Shown: piece after piece, positions 38,056 through 51,179 of the stretch
How positions within the stretch are numbered: position 1 is the stretch's first letter
Layout of the letters: each line of letters starts with the position of its first letter
Source: Bilabrum cf. latius
Taxonomy: Eukaryota
Length of the DNA stretch: 64,000 nucleotides
NCBI GenBank assembly: GCA_965178125.1
Contig: OZ237763.1
Span: forward strand, 186,001 to 250,000
Direction of reading: 5' to 3'
Notes under the pieces: generated by a model
What the model was told of the DNA's origin: nothing
Databases searched by the model: none
What the model saw: only the letters and a program-made list of their open reading frames with translations
Made by a program: the position numbers and the translations under genes

Positions 38056-40085
38056 ATGAGCTCCAGTTCTTTGAGCAATGCTTTATTGTCTCATTTGTAG
38101 CGCTCTGGTACCGTTGATCAAGCCCGGGCTCAGATGAGAGCCCAGCTTGTGGCCCAGCTACGCGGCCGCCCAATATCAACTGCAACCGCAGCATCTATCC
38201 GTCGTACCACTGATGCCATGGGGACTAGGAGCGATTGCCTTGATGCAGCTGCTGTTGCTCACGCACTTGCCCGCGCATTCGCCCTCGGTCCCACCGAGGC
38301 CGTGCTGGACGCCGAGATGAAAGCTGCATGTTGCGATTCGGACAGGCCGTCTGTCAATCGCAGTGCGCGCGAGGTTCAAAGCACTGTAGAACGCTGGATT
38401 CACGCAGCATGTCCTCAGCCACTGCCACCTGGGTGCTCGGACACGGCCGGTCACCGTCTGCTGATATTCCTGCGCAGAGCTGGTTCGCGGCACCCGTCCG
38501 AGTCTGGTATGCGTGATGTGTTTGTCCAGACAGAGCCGACCAGTGCCCTCGAACAGCTCGATCAAAAAATGGACGCGGTTGCTCGCCAGTTCTAGCGCAA
38601 GGCGACGGCAGCTGGGGAAGATGCGGCATCTGCGGACAAGCCCGAATCTGGCACCCGCATTACGCAAGACGAGATCGAAGCTCGAGCCCGAGACAAGATA
38701 ACCGTGGAACTCGCTGCGAGGACCCGTTCGCTTGAGTCACAACTTGATGCAAGGCTGCAATAGTCTCTGGATGCTTGCAGGAAGGAATGCAAATCTCAAG
38801 TCGAGAGAAATCAAATTGAGTGTGAACAACGGATCGCAGCGATGCGCACTCAGGTAGAGAAAGCAGAATCAGCACTTGCCATGCAACGTGAATCTTATGT
38901 GCGCAAACTTGACGCCCTGAGGATTCGGGAACAGTCTGTTGCGGCAGCGGAAGGTGAGAATTATTTTAGACTGCGGCTTGGTGCCAATAGTGCCTATGGC
39001 GATTGAATTCCTCCTTCATGCCACCTCTCAACCAGTCAGCTAGTTGGGTAAGTTATTTTTGCCAACTGGTATTTTATTTGTTACTTACTTAAATCTGATA
39101 CACAGATTCACTTCAAGAAAAGATTCGTCGGTAGCAGCAATCGTATTCAAATTAGCTTGGCAATTTGAAGAGTAGAGAAAGCGATGTCGATCGACTGGAG
39201 CAAAGATTCCAATCAAGGCAGTCAGCAATCGAACGCTCTATACGAGGGGAGATAGAGGCTGAAATGAGAGAGTAGAGGTCAAGGGTCGAGCTGCTGCGGG
39301 CTGAGGCCGACGAAATTGTCCAATCAGAAAAAGAAAGAGTCTAGGAATCGCAACAGTAGCAAGAGAAGTACGAGCAACTTTCCGATTTGCATGCTTCAAT
39401 TTGTGGTAAATACGATGCCTGTAGAGACGAGATTCAAAGGCTGCATGCTCTTGTTAAGTCAAAAGACAAAGCAATTATTGGAATGCAAGAGAAGCTGCCA
39501 TAGGCTGCTGTGCTGATGCGAACTCAGTAGAATAACAGAATCTTGTCATAGTCGCTTGTCACGATCAGTGTAAGTTTATGTACAAGTATTGATTTGTGTT
39601 CACCTTGCATTTCAATATCTTATGAAAACTTGAAATTGACAATTTATTCTGCAGAGAAAGCTGAAAGAGCTGAAATTAGATCTTTAGGAGGTACGAGCAG
39701 CAGCTGATGGGTCATTTGAGACTGAAACGTCAATTTTGTCATCGGTTATCGAGTCTGTAAAGCAAAAGCAGGCTGCTCTTTTGACTCATTGTAAAAGACA
39801 CAAGAAGGCAGCAGCGGACATCGAGGATTTGATGGACCGATAGAAGCTTGCTTTTCAGAAGCAACAGCGCGACTTATTGTAGCAAGGTAAGGGCAGCATG
39901 GATTTATTATTTTGTGTTCATTTGTTTTAGAGTGCATGAGATCTATCCAGATTGCTTTGATTATTTTTGCAGTCGAGTTCTACAAGAGGAAGCAGTCGGA
40001 CGCACAGGCTGTAAATGAATCTCTAAAGGCAAGCTTGAAGCAATTGTCGAGTCTACTGGTTGATGCTGGAATTCATGCTGAGTGA
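38056..40085 (+). CDS. OFD1-like centriolar LisH/coiled-coil protein (about 570 aa)
   Basis: N-terminus LLSHLQRSGTVDQARAQMRAQLVAQL and VQTE...LDQKMDAVARQF resemble OFD1, followed by a long coiled coil. Exons 38056-38953, optional 39036-39047, 39106-39569, 39655-39886 and 39973-40085, all GT-AG and frame-consistent. About 14 in-frame TAGs; TGA stop. The OFD1 identity is from remembered motifs only. Confidence 0.65.
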
Positions 40086-40095
40086 TTTTTACCAA

Positions 40096-41633
40096 TCATC
40101 CACGAATCGCCCGCTGTAGGGTTAGTGAGTACACATCAACTTGCTTATAAAGTTTAAGCTATCCTTGAAGACTCTCGACTTCACGCCTCAGGTCGTCTAC
40201 TTCTCGGCCATATTCAACCTTCGTGCTGTGCAACCTGTCTTCGAGGTGTCCAATGGTCTTGCGAAGGCCATGGATGCATGAATTGGCTTCTTGGAGATCC
40301 CGGGAAGAAACGGAACGTAGCTGTTGAACTACTCTTGAGTTTGACGCTTTTGTAGCTGCTATGAGGGCAGCACGTGCATCATTCTTAGATTCAGTTGCAG
40401 CTGCTTTTGAATCCATGATCTCAAGCCTGGTCTGCGTACACAAAGCAAGAATAGGAATTTGTTATTTAAGAGTGCAAGCTTATTAAAATACGAAAGCCAT
40501 TGCATCAACTATGAGTCTCACATCATTGAGGTGCTAGCGTAACTCCCTGAGCTCCTGCTCATACTTGAAGCTAGATTCGCGAGCATCATCGTTGCGTTTC
40601 AGTGCCTGTTCCAACTACTGCCGACAACCGGTGAGATCTTTACGAGCCTATTGAATCGAAACTTCGAATTTGGATCGCTCATCGGCTTGCTGAGTTTCCA
40701 GGCGAATAACCTGAGGGACATTTGCACAGAAGAACAACTCAGTATCAAGGCGATATTCAATGAAGCGTCCTACACATAAACGTCATGATGCACTTGATAT
40801 CTACATCTTACGGTGCTGCGCGACTGTTCGACTTGCGCTTGCAATTTTGCATGCATTGACTGGTATCTACCGAGATCTTCCACCAGCTGTTTGACTGTTG
40901 TCGGCAGTTCAGTTGCGATATTGCTAACTTCATCATACAAATTGCAGGCTTGAGCATGAAAGAGAGACTGCTGCACCACAGACTGTAGCGATTCTGTTGC
41001 CTTTTGTGCATCAACAGCCAGCCTTCCTGCTTCCTCTCGCCTTCGGGTCTGTTCGTCGAGCTGCTCTCGCAGGTGGCGAATCTTGGACTAGCGGTCATCG
41101 AGCTCCTATTCCAACGCAGCAATCCTCTCCGCGTTAGCAGAAGATGCAGATCCGGACGCCCTGGTCAGCTGCTCAATCTACGAAGAGGCGCTCTTGAGCT
41201 GCTCATGCAAGTCTGACTTTGTACTGTTCCATTCGGCACGATCGGCGGCGTGCTCGCGCCTGACCCTGCTCAGCTCTTTTTCCAGAGAAGCTGTCATGGC
41301 ATGCGCAGCTTGATTGTCATGCTTCAACTGGGCATTTTCTGACTCCAGCTGCTGCATGGCGTGATCCAATCGACTTGCTTGACCGGTCAACGAGTCTTGC
41401 GTCCGATGCCACTCCGCTCGTTCGTCATCAACCTGCTGCTCAAGCTGTTCGAGTGCTTCTTCGAGCTACTTTGCTTCCTACGCACTCGACTGCAGCGATA
41501 CGACCTCGTCTTGAAGCTGTGACACCTTGTGCCTGAGGTCTGCAGCTTCCTACGAATACGACTCCAGGCCTGCACGCAGCCGATCTAGCAGAGCTGCCTG
41601 AGGGGACGAATCTTGCTGATGCGGAGATTGCAT
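40096..41633 (-). CDS. Coiled-coil protein of unknown function (about 448 aa)
   Basis: Exons 41633-40812, 40710-40522 and 40431-40096 with GT-AG introns in a consistent frame. Continuous E/Q/L/R-rich heptad pattern when about 10 TAGs are read as Gln; TGA at 40096. Confidence 0.75.
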
Positions 41634-41965
41634 GATGCGGGATAAATAAAAATTCGCGGATGCAGGCAGCAAAACCCCGCACAGCAAGATCTTGTGCTGA
41701 TCTTGGCGGCGGTTGCCGTTGCGCGAATTCGGACGGGCTCCGAGTCTGCGGTAGGCACGATCGAAATTTGCACTTTTTTTACACCATGAGTTTGCAAATC
41801 TTTCAGGTGTGACCCCTGGACTCTGACAAGTTTATATTACTCTCCTCCTGCCTTGGGTGTGCAATGTCCTTTCGTATAGAATCTGTACTCCGAAGCCTCA
41901 ATTATTCCAATAATCACTTCACGTTTGGGCTACAGGGACCGTTTCCTCAAACCGTACCATGCCTC

Positions 41966-44900
41966 TCACAGGTCGTCCATCAGATCCGCGAAAGGATCAG
42001 CCGAGGCAGCCTTCGGGGCTGGGGCTGGAGCAGGCACTGGAGCAGGCCCCGGCATCCCGCCCATGCCCATGCCCGCGCCTCCCCCCCCACCGAGGGAAGG
42101 CATCGGGGCAGGAGCAGGAGCAGGAGCCCCCAGACCAGCAAACGGGTCCCCGGAAGAAGCGGCCCCGCCAGGTGCCTGTGCGCCCCTCGGCGCCGGCGCA
42201 TGTGCCGTGGAGGGTCCTCCGCCTCCTCCCCCCAGATCAGCAAACAGGTCAACCTCCGCGGGCGCGGGCCCGGGCGCCGCAGACGTGGAAGGCCCTGAGG
42301 ACGCGGCTGTGCCCTTGCCCTCAAGCTCGTCGAAAATGTCGCCTCCCATGCTGGCAGAGGGGGCCGGGGCCGGCGCGGGCGCGGGTGCCGGAGCCGGGGG
42401 TGGTGCGGCCACCGGCGCCTGGAACCCCCCGAAACCGCGCGGGGCCTCGACGGGCGCGGGTGCGGGTGCCTGGAAACCCCCGAACCCCCGGGGTCCCCCG
42501 GTGGCACCCCCCACGGCGGGTGGGGGCACTGTGTCGTCACCCCCCTCCAGCATCAACGTAGGCGGCGCGCCGCCGGTGGGCGACCCCATGTCGTGCGGGT
42601 CTGGCATCGCCCCCCTGGCCCCCCCTCTGGCCGGCGTAGACCCCGCGCCCGCCCCTCCCGCCGCCACGTTCTTCAGCAGCAGCGTGGCGGGCCCCTTGTC
42701 GGCGTCGGTGAGGAAGTAGTCTCTCGTGTCGTTCTTGGAAATGAAGAGGTCGTGCTTCTGGTGCTTGTACTTGGACCAGTCTCCGCTCCTCGACGACAGC
42801 TGCGCCGATACCCTTTCCCCGTGCACAGAGTCCCGCTCCAGGAGCTTGATCACCTCGACCGCGTGCACCTTGCAAGCCCCGCTGTTGACCACCTGCTCGA
42901 GGTTGAACTTCTCCAGGATGTCCAGCATCAGGGGGACAGCACCTTCGTTCAGTGCAGCCAGTGCGTGAGGGTGATCGGGCCCCGCCACGTGCTTGGCGTC
43001 CTGCTCCAGCAACCTCCGGATGGTCTCCACGGTGAAGCTGGCATCCCTGTGCGGCTCCGGCTTGATGGATCTAACCAGCAGCCCGCACGCGCTGCCCTTG
43101 CCCAGGGCCCGCATGCACTCGGTTGAGGGCGCAAGAACCTCCACGAACCGGATCGCCTGGATCATCAGGTTGTACCTCGACGGCTTGCCGATGCTCTGAC
43201 GGAGCAGGGACAGAAGCTTAGGGACGTACCCCAGCTGCACCACCTGCCCGCCCATGGACTTCCTGGCTCGCAGCAGGCACACGAGAGCATTGGTGACCTT
43301 GGTGAGCACGTCCTCCCCCCTGATCACGAGGCTCCCCTCCTCCCCTCCCTTCCCCTTGGAGGACTGCCCGCCCGCCTTCTCCTCCCGCTCGGCCTCCTCC
43401 TTGGCCGCTCGCTCCGCTGCCCTCCTCTTCTCCTCGTCCGCACTCGTCATACCGATCAGGTGCTCGCCCTCTCTCTGGAAGCGCCTCAGCAACGCCTCCA
43501 GGAAGCCCCTCGGGTTCCGCAGTGGGAAGGTGGGCTCCTTGATGAACAGTCGCACGTACACCCCGCCCACCATCAGCTCGCCCTTCATGGGCCGGTACAC
43601 GATCCTAAAGGTGGCGGGCAGCGACTGCGGATGGCCATCCGCGCCGCCGGGCTTGCCGGCCTTGGCGGCGCGCTGCCTCGCCTGCGTGAGCGACTGCCCG
43701 ATCTGACCCAGCGCCCGCCTGAGCTCGTGCCTGCAGACACCGTCCCAGATGAGTTCGGGCGTCTCGTGGTCGCCATCAAACACACGCACGGCCTCGCCCA
43801 ACGAACTCTCCCCGCCAGCACCCGCGGCCCCTTGCCCCACGCCGCCTGACCCCACCGCGGCCCCGCCCGCCACAGTGGACGCCGCGATCGACTCCTTGAT
43901 GCTCATGGCCAGGTTCTCGGGGACCAGCTGCCGCAGCGCCATCAAATTGGGCGGGCCTTCCGTCGAGTCGGAGCACATCATGCTGAGAAGGGCGCCAGCC
44001 TCGAAGCGCGCGGGCCTTGGCACCTGTAGCTTGGGCGTCTCACGGATGTCTGGGCCTCCGGGCTCACCGGGGGCGGGGCCCTTGGCGATGCCACCCGCGA
44101 ACATGGTCACGACGTCAATGATAGAGCACACGCGCCGGGCCTCGGCAATGATCACCTGGTGACTGAACAGGGTCCGCAGGAGCGGGCCGATCCCGGTCGG
44201 GGCCGCAGGTAGCATGCGCAGCAGGGGAGGCACGAGGTACATGCCGGCCAGCGTCTTGGCGAACCGTTCGTTGCTGGCGCAGGCAGCCAGGCAAGCCAGA
44301 GCCAGCTCCCGGAGAGGTGCGTCCGCCTCGGCAGCCGTGCTGCGTGCCCCTCCCATGCCAGCGCTGGCACCCGACCCGGCCCCCGTCTTGCCGAACTCCG
44401 TGGCGGCCTGCCTGGCGTTGTGCGCCGCCTGCGCGTCCTCGAGCCTGAGAGTGGCCATGAGGTTGGGCAGGTACCGAGCGGTGGCCGGGTTGCCGATCTC
44501 CTCCTCCACACCGGCGTTGTGCACCACCACGCCGTGCAGGGCCCGCAGTGCCAGACGCAGGTGCGGGATGGACACGTCTGCCGGCGTGCGGGCGCACATC
44601 TGGTCCATCTCCTCCTCGAACTCCTCCTGCTCCGACTTGGGCGCGGGGGAGTCCCCACTGGCTCCTCCAGCGGCGGCCCCGCCTTCGACGATGCCCCTCG
44701 ACTTGGCCTGCTGCCTCTGCAGGGCGCCGTGCTTTGGCTTCTTGATGCCCGGCAGCTTGAGCCTGGGTCCCGCTCTCGACATGGCAATGTAGGCCATGAG
44801 GCCGCGGAGGAAGGCGTGCGGGTTGTCCAGCGTCAGGGTCGGATCGCTGACGAAGAATCGGACGAAGAGACCCTCGATGCACAACTCGTCCGCCAGCGCG

Positions 44901-47900
44901 CTGTGGTTGAACTGTGTGGCTGCATCCGCTTCGGTGCGACCCGTCTCGCTGAGCTCGTCGCAGTGCTTCTTGAGGAAGCGCAGCAGCTCCTTGCGCATGT
45001 CTGCGTTCCACATCACGGTCGGCGACTCCTCGTGGCCCACCAGCGACTTGAGCAGGGAGTCTGGGCTCGCCCTGCCGAGCCTCTTGGCCAGCGGCGGGGT
45101 GATCATCTGCCGCATCATGCGCTGCACCCTTGGGTTCTTCGGGGTGGCCATCTTCTTCTCGTGCGCCAGGTACCCGCCCAGCCGCCCCACGGCCCTCACG
45201 GAGAGCTTGGCCATGTGGTTCGCGGCCTTCTGCTCGTTGGCCACCGTATGGCCCTCCGTGGCAGCCCCTTCCAGGGTCGTGTCGAACCGGAAGAAGAGGG
45301 GGACCAGCCGAAAGAGCGCGCCCGCCTGCACCATCTTGCTCTGCAGCTCTGGCAGCGCGGCGAGCCTCGAGACCATTTCGAGCGCATACTGCATCACCTT
45401 TGCCGCCCGGAGGTACCGCAGGCAGTGCACGATGTTGGTCATCAGAGTGTCCATCTTGGTCATCCTCTCACGGGCCTCGGGCAGCGTGGCCAGACCGCTG
45501 AGCGTGCGCATGACGTTCTCCACCACCCTGAGGCCCAGCTCGTCACCCCGCTTGGGCAGCGGCTTGTCGGGCAGCAGCGCCTTGGTGCCGAAGGGGACGT
45601 CCTTCACCAGCTGACCAAGCAGCTCCGCGAGCGCTTCCGTCCCGTCCTCCCTGACGAGCTCCTCCGCGTTGCGAGGGGAGGTCAGGCACGTGAGGTAGAT
45701 GAGGCGGGTCAGCGCCTCGGCCATGGGCCCGCTGTCTCCGGTGATGGGCGTGTCCTTGGGGATCTGCCGGATGGCCTGCATGACCAAGGGGTACCCCGCG
45801 TACTTGTAAGGCTTGAGCACCTTGGTGTGGCGCTTGAAGAGGATGCACTGCGTGCGGACCAGCAGCAGCAGAGCCACAGGGTCGGGCCCACCGGCCGCTG
45901 CCTCGGGCCTAGAGGTGGTCAGGGCCTCGTAGGCCCTCTGGATCTGCATGAACCTGTCTCTCCCCGCGGGGTTCTTGTCCGGATGGAACTTCCTCGCCAG
46001 CTTGCGGTAGGCCTTCCGGATGTCCGATTCCTCGGTTCCCGGTTCCAGCCCCAGCTCCTTCCAGGCAGCCGTCATGTCCACCTTGTCTTCGTCGGTCTTG
46101 TTGGTCTCCAGCCTCCAGTTGTCGAGGGCCGCGCGAAGCAGCATAACAGGGTCGTCGATGTTCCACTCCGGGAAGCGCTGCTCGTCCGTGAGATTGCGAA
46201 GGTAAAAGTTCGAACACCAAAGCTCCTCGTCGAGCTCCTCGTACTGCACCCGGGGGATGGGGCAGTAGTCGTAGATGGTCGCCGGGTTGGCCCTCAGCCT
46301 CGCGGGCAGCTCGCCCAGGTGCTGCGAGATCATGTCAATGAGCTGCCCCCGCATGGCATACTTCCAGATCACCTCCGGATTGTCCACGTCGGACAAGAAG
46401 GCGTTGGCGAAGACCTTGGGCCCCCGGTTGGCTAGCACGCAGATGATGGACTCGGGCAGCATGGCGCCCAGGATGCTCCTCCTCCCCAGCGTGGTCTCTC
46501 TGCCCAGGGAGGCGGCCTCGGAGAAGAAGGACTGCCGCAGGTGCGTGGCGTGCAGCAAGGCAGCCGCGTGGTCCCAGTTGCTGCCCGGGTAGGCCAGCAG
46601 GAAGAAGAACAGGCCGGTGGTGTACAGCTTGACCGTGGCGCGGGGGTTGAAGCTCACCACTTCGTTGATGAGCTGGCACACAAGGTCGGTCAGGGTGGCG
46701 TCTCCTGCCAGCACGGCCTGCGCCAGGTGCGGCATCACCCGCTGCGACGACAAGATCCGCTTCACCTTGGGGACGGGTCTCACTGGCACCCCCTCCGTGT
46801 CGACGGACGGCCTCAGCCTGGCCAGCCTGAGGAGGATGTTGGCGCAAGCGATGCCCCTCTTGGAGGGAGACATGCCGGGCTCTCCCGGCGACAGGGCGAA
46901 CCACATGAGCGCCCGCATGGCGTCCATGCGCACCCACTGGCGCATGCCCTGGGCCCACACCATGGTGGACTTGCTCAGGTGGCCGGCCTTGGCAGCCTGC
47001 TTCATCTGCTGCAAGGAAAAGGGGCCCTTCTAAGCCTCCTTGCCAGTCTTGCCTGCCGCCTGGAAGTGCCACACCTTGGCGCTCTCCTTAGACCGGCGAA
47101 GGGCCGCTGCAGCAGCGGCCTGGTCTGCTTGCGTGGGTCCCCCTGGGCCGCCTGCGCTGCCAGCGGCCGTTGCCGAGGCGCCCGCGTCTGCTCCCGCTCC
47201 CGATGCCGCGGCGCTCTCCTGCCCCCTGCGCTCCGCCTCCGCCGCAGCAAAGTCCTGGTCGGCGTCGCCCAGCAACATGAGACCGCCCCCCTTGCCGCCG
47301 CTGCCCAGCACGGGCATGACCCTCTGGTCTACCTCGGTGGTGTGGGCCGTGGTGAGTAGGTCCACGATGAGCTCGATGCAGTCCTGATTGATCAGCTTCT
47401 CGCAGTTGACGGGGTGCGTGGACAGCGCTGCAACCAGCTGCAGCAGGTGGTCCCTGACAGTGGCGTGGTCCTCCTGGGCCAGCAGCCACACCATGTAGTC
47501 AGTGTCCTCGAAGGGGCCGATGGCCTTCCAGTGGTGCGTGTACACCCGCTCCATGCCCATGAGGCACATGGACCGCAGCTGCGGGGCCGTCTCGCGGAGC
47601 ACGCGCCGGTACAGCGCATCAAAGAAGCTAGAGGGTTCTCGCAGCGCAGCCACGGCAGCTCCGCCTCCCTCTAGGAACACGCGGAGGTACTGGTCGCCCA
47701 CCCGCAGCTCCTGCGCCAGCGAGGGGTAGTCCACCTCGAACTCGCTCCAGTTCCATGCCAGCCTGTACCTCCCCACAATGGCGGTGGACTCGCCCTCCTT
47801 CCCCTCCTCGCCCTCTTTGCCCTCCGAGGCACCCGCGCCGCTGGCCGCCTCTTTCACGCCGGCGGCCCCCTGCACGTTGTTGGTGACGTTGCCCTCGGCC

Positions 47901-50673
47901 CCGTCATCCAGTGCCACCACGCCCCCCTGGACGATCTCCTCGTCCACCTGCTTGAGCTCAGCCTCAAGTGCCGCCCGCAGCTCGGCTCTCTGCTCCGCGC
48001 TCCACAGCAGGTCAGCGATCGAGTGGTCCTGGGAGATCTGAAAGAAGAGAGTGGTGTAGTTCTCGTGCTTGCCGTCCCCTCCGAGCTTGCTCAGCGCCAG
48101 CTCCCTCTCGGCCTGGACTGCCGCCTCGGCCGCCTTCATGGTCTGCCTCTCCTCGGCCTCCCTCTCTTCCATGGAGGGCCCGTTGAAGATCGACATGAAG
48201 CGCTTGCCCACGGTCATCTCGCCCTCCTTGATGGCAGCCAGCCGGCGCACCACCTTGTTCCGAGACGCGTAGTCCGCGGCTTCCAGGCGCCGACGCAGCC
48301 TGCCGGCCAGCCCGCTGCGGGCCGCGGCCTCTGCAGACACACCACCGCTGCCGAGGGGGCCGGTGATGTCGCCCGCCCCGGACGCGGGCCCCTTGCCACC
48401 GGCCAGCGGGTCCCTGCCCACCGCGATCCCGTCGTCGTCCCCTCCCAGCTCCGCCTTGATCTTGGTCGCCTCCATGGCCTCGAGGCCCTCCCGCTCGGGA
48501 GCGGAGAGCTTGGGCATATCAAGGAACACGAGCATGCCCTGAGGGAACATGTGCCGCAGCAGGGTGTGTGCCGTGGGGTTGCCGGTGCACCAGAGCTCCA
48601 CCAGGTACCGGCTCACGAACCGCTGGTCAGTGGATGCGTGGAAAATACCGTTGTAGAAGTGCCGCAGCAGCACTCCGCTGCTCAGCGCGGCCCTCTGCAT
48701 CTTGCGCACCGTCCCCGAGTCTGCCCTGTGCACGATGGCTCGGCACAGCATCGCGGCGCACTCCACGATGCTGGGCACCTGCGACCTGAAGAGCGCCAGC
48801 ACGGAGCCGTACTGCGCCGCCACCAGCCGCATCATCTGGTTGTTGGCTTCCTCGGGCGTGGTATCCACCCCGCTGATGATAATTGCGTCCAGCAGCTGCA
48901 CCAGCCCCAGCATGACCAGTGTTCCCTCGCTGGACCTGCTGGCAGCCATGCCCGTGCCCGAGGCGTGCTCCTCGAGCAGTTTGGCAAGCCGCAGGCGAAT
49001 CTCGGGCTGCGAGAGAGAAGATAAATATGACAGGAAACTGTTGGTATGAATGCGTGCAGCAACAGAAGAAGCAAGCAATCAGCGGTAGGGGCGGCGCGCT
49101 TGGATGAGCCGCAGTGGGCGAGCCAGATCAAAGGCAGAGAGCATCTCACGGTGAGCATGGTCATCTTCGCCTGCTGCTCGAGGTCCTCGAACTGCCCCTT
49201 GGGCCGCTGGGGGTTCCTGCACACGGTGTGGATGCAGTTGAGCGCAGCAAGGACCACTGCGTCGTCCTCGCTATCGAGGCACACAAGCATGCTTGGCACC
49301 AGCGTGGGGTTCTTGATGATGACCTGCTGGCCCTGCTGGGAGCCAGCCAGCCTCGCGATAGCCAGCAGCAGCATCACCAGCACGGTGGTCGGCACGCTTT
49401 CTGCCGCTGCAGGGCTCACGCACCGCGCCAGCTGGGCCAGCAGCCCCTGCATGTTCCCGTACACGAGCCCGTACCTTGTCCCGAAATCGATGCCCACGCC
49501 CTTGGTGTTGATGACGAGTGCCTGCGCCACGCGCAGCACGTCAGGGTCGTATGCCGCCCCTCTGGACCCGGTGGCCTTGCTGATGGTCGCATCGAGGTGG
49601 AAGAGGAGCTGCCCCTCGAGGGCGGTGTCCACCTCCGCGGCCCGCCTCACCATCCTCAGGCCGGTGGAGGGGGCCTGCGACAGAGGCATCAGCCGAGTGT
49701 CGACGCTGCACGTGCGTGCCCCGTCCACGAGGCATGCGATCATCTCGTCTCTCTTGGAGCACACGTAGTCCCGCCTGATACCGTCTGTGAACTCGATGAG
49801 CAGCCGCTGCGGCTCGGACCAGTGCCTCACCACCGCCCTCACCTGAGAGAGCGGCCGGGCGGATACCACCTGATAGCTGGAGTCATCTCTCTCGATAATA
49901 GTCCTCTCTGTCATAAGCACGCGGCGGGAGTGGCCCCGCGGGTGCCTGGCCGACGTCTTGATCACCTCGAACTCGGCCACCCTGGCCGCGCCGTCCACGC
50001 CGTGCTTGGCCATCGCGGTGCGGTACTTCCCGTCCGTGATACCGGTGGCGGACAGCACGGCCCCCAGCCCCAGCTTGGCCAAAGCCAGCTGCGCCGCCTT
50101 CAGCAGGTCCTCCCGACGAGGTGAGGCGAACTTCCTGGGGCGGCCTGCCACCCACACCGCGATGGCGGACTTGTCGTCAGTGAAACGCTGTATCCGCTGC
50201 ACGCGGGAATACCGGAACCTGGACACGGCCGTCCCCGACCGCTTGTCAATCATGACCAGCTCTCCCGGCCTCACGTCCAGCACGCAGTCCTGCCTCTCCG
50301 AGGTGCGCGTGACCTTGACCGCGGGGAAGGCACGGCCTGGCTTGTCCCCGTGCAGGTGCACAGCGAGGTCGCACAGCAGGTCCCCGCGAGCGTTGGATGC
50401 GAATCGCATTACTTCTGTAGAGGATCCATTCTTGAACGTTACGGTGAATTCCTCCGGGGATGACGTGTTGGGCCCGTAGTCGAGCACCTCCTCCCGGAGT
50501 GTCCACGCATTCGTTACCTGGAACTTGGCCGGGTCCACGTGGATTAGCGTGCTGGGCGTGAATCCGAACACGCGCTAGTACCTGCCTCGCCATGTGTGGA
50601 TCTTGGAGGCTTGGTGCTGTGAATGCACGTCTATCGAGAAGGCCGACGCGCCTTTCAGCGAAGACGTCGACAT
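41966..50673 (-). CDS. DNAJC13: RME-8/DNAJC13 endosomal J-domain protein (about 2854 aa)
   Basis: N-terminal HTWRGRY[TAG]RVF; IWN-type repeats (LLWS, VIWK, VMWN, LIWD); GYF_2-like WHF...[TAG]KGPFS; J-domain IRKAYRKLARKFHPDKNP; PYKYAGYP. Exons 50673-49150 and 49006-41966. TAGs at 50575 and 47030; TGA stop. Confidence 0.93.
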
Positions 50674-51179
50674 TACCGTTCGCGGTAACTGCTGAGCCCA
50701 ACTGTAAAACGGCTGATAGTAGTGTGCCGTCTGTTTTCTTCAGCAAGGTTCAACTTTTTGCCAGGCAATAATTTGGTATCCAAGCAAGCAAGGAGGCCGC
50801 GTGAGATGATGCAACCCGCGCTGCTACCCTGTACCTCTTGGTTTCCTGGAGATCGAGACAAGTGGATTCGCTCAATCAAGTGCGAGCTCCTTGCAGGCAA
50901 TCTCGGGCGCAAACCCCCAGTCTTGTACAATTCGAGCGATTTAACGAAAGATATTTCGGACGCATTAAAATCGATATATTTTATTGTACAGTGCAATATA
51001 GTTGAGTGGATGACTTTTGTCCTTACTCCCGCCGTAGAATGGAAGGTGAAGCGCTACCTGCACACTGATTCATTTTACAGTGCATGGGTTGTCGCTTGCA
51101 CCGCCTGATTTGTATGTAGATCGACCATTTCGAGGTTTGAACTCGCGTCTGGTCGGGTCGAGCCTTGGCTATCAACGGC

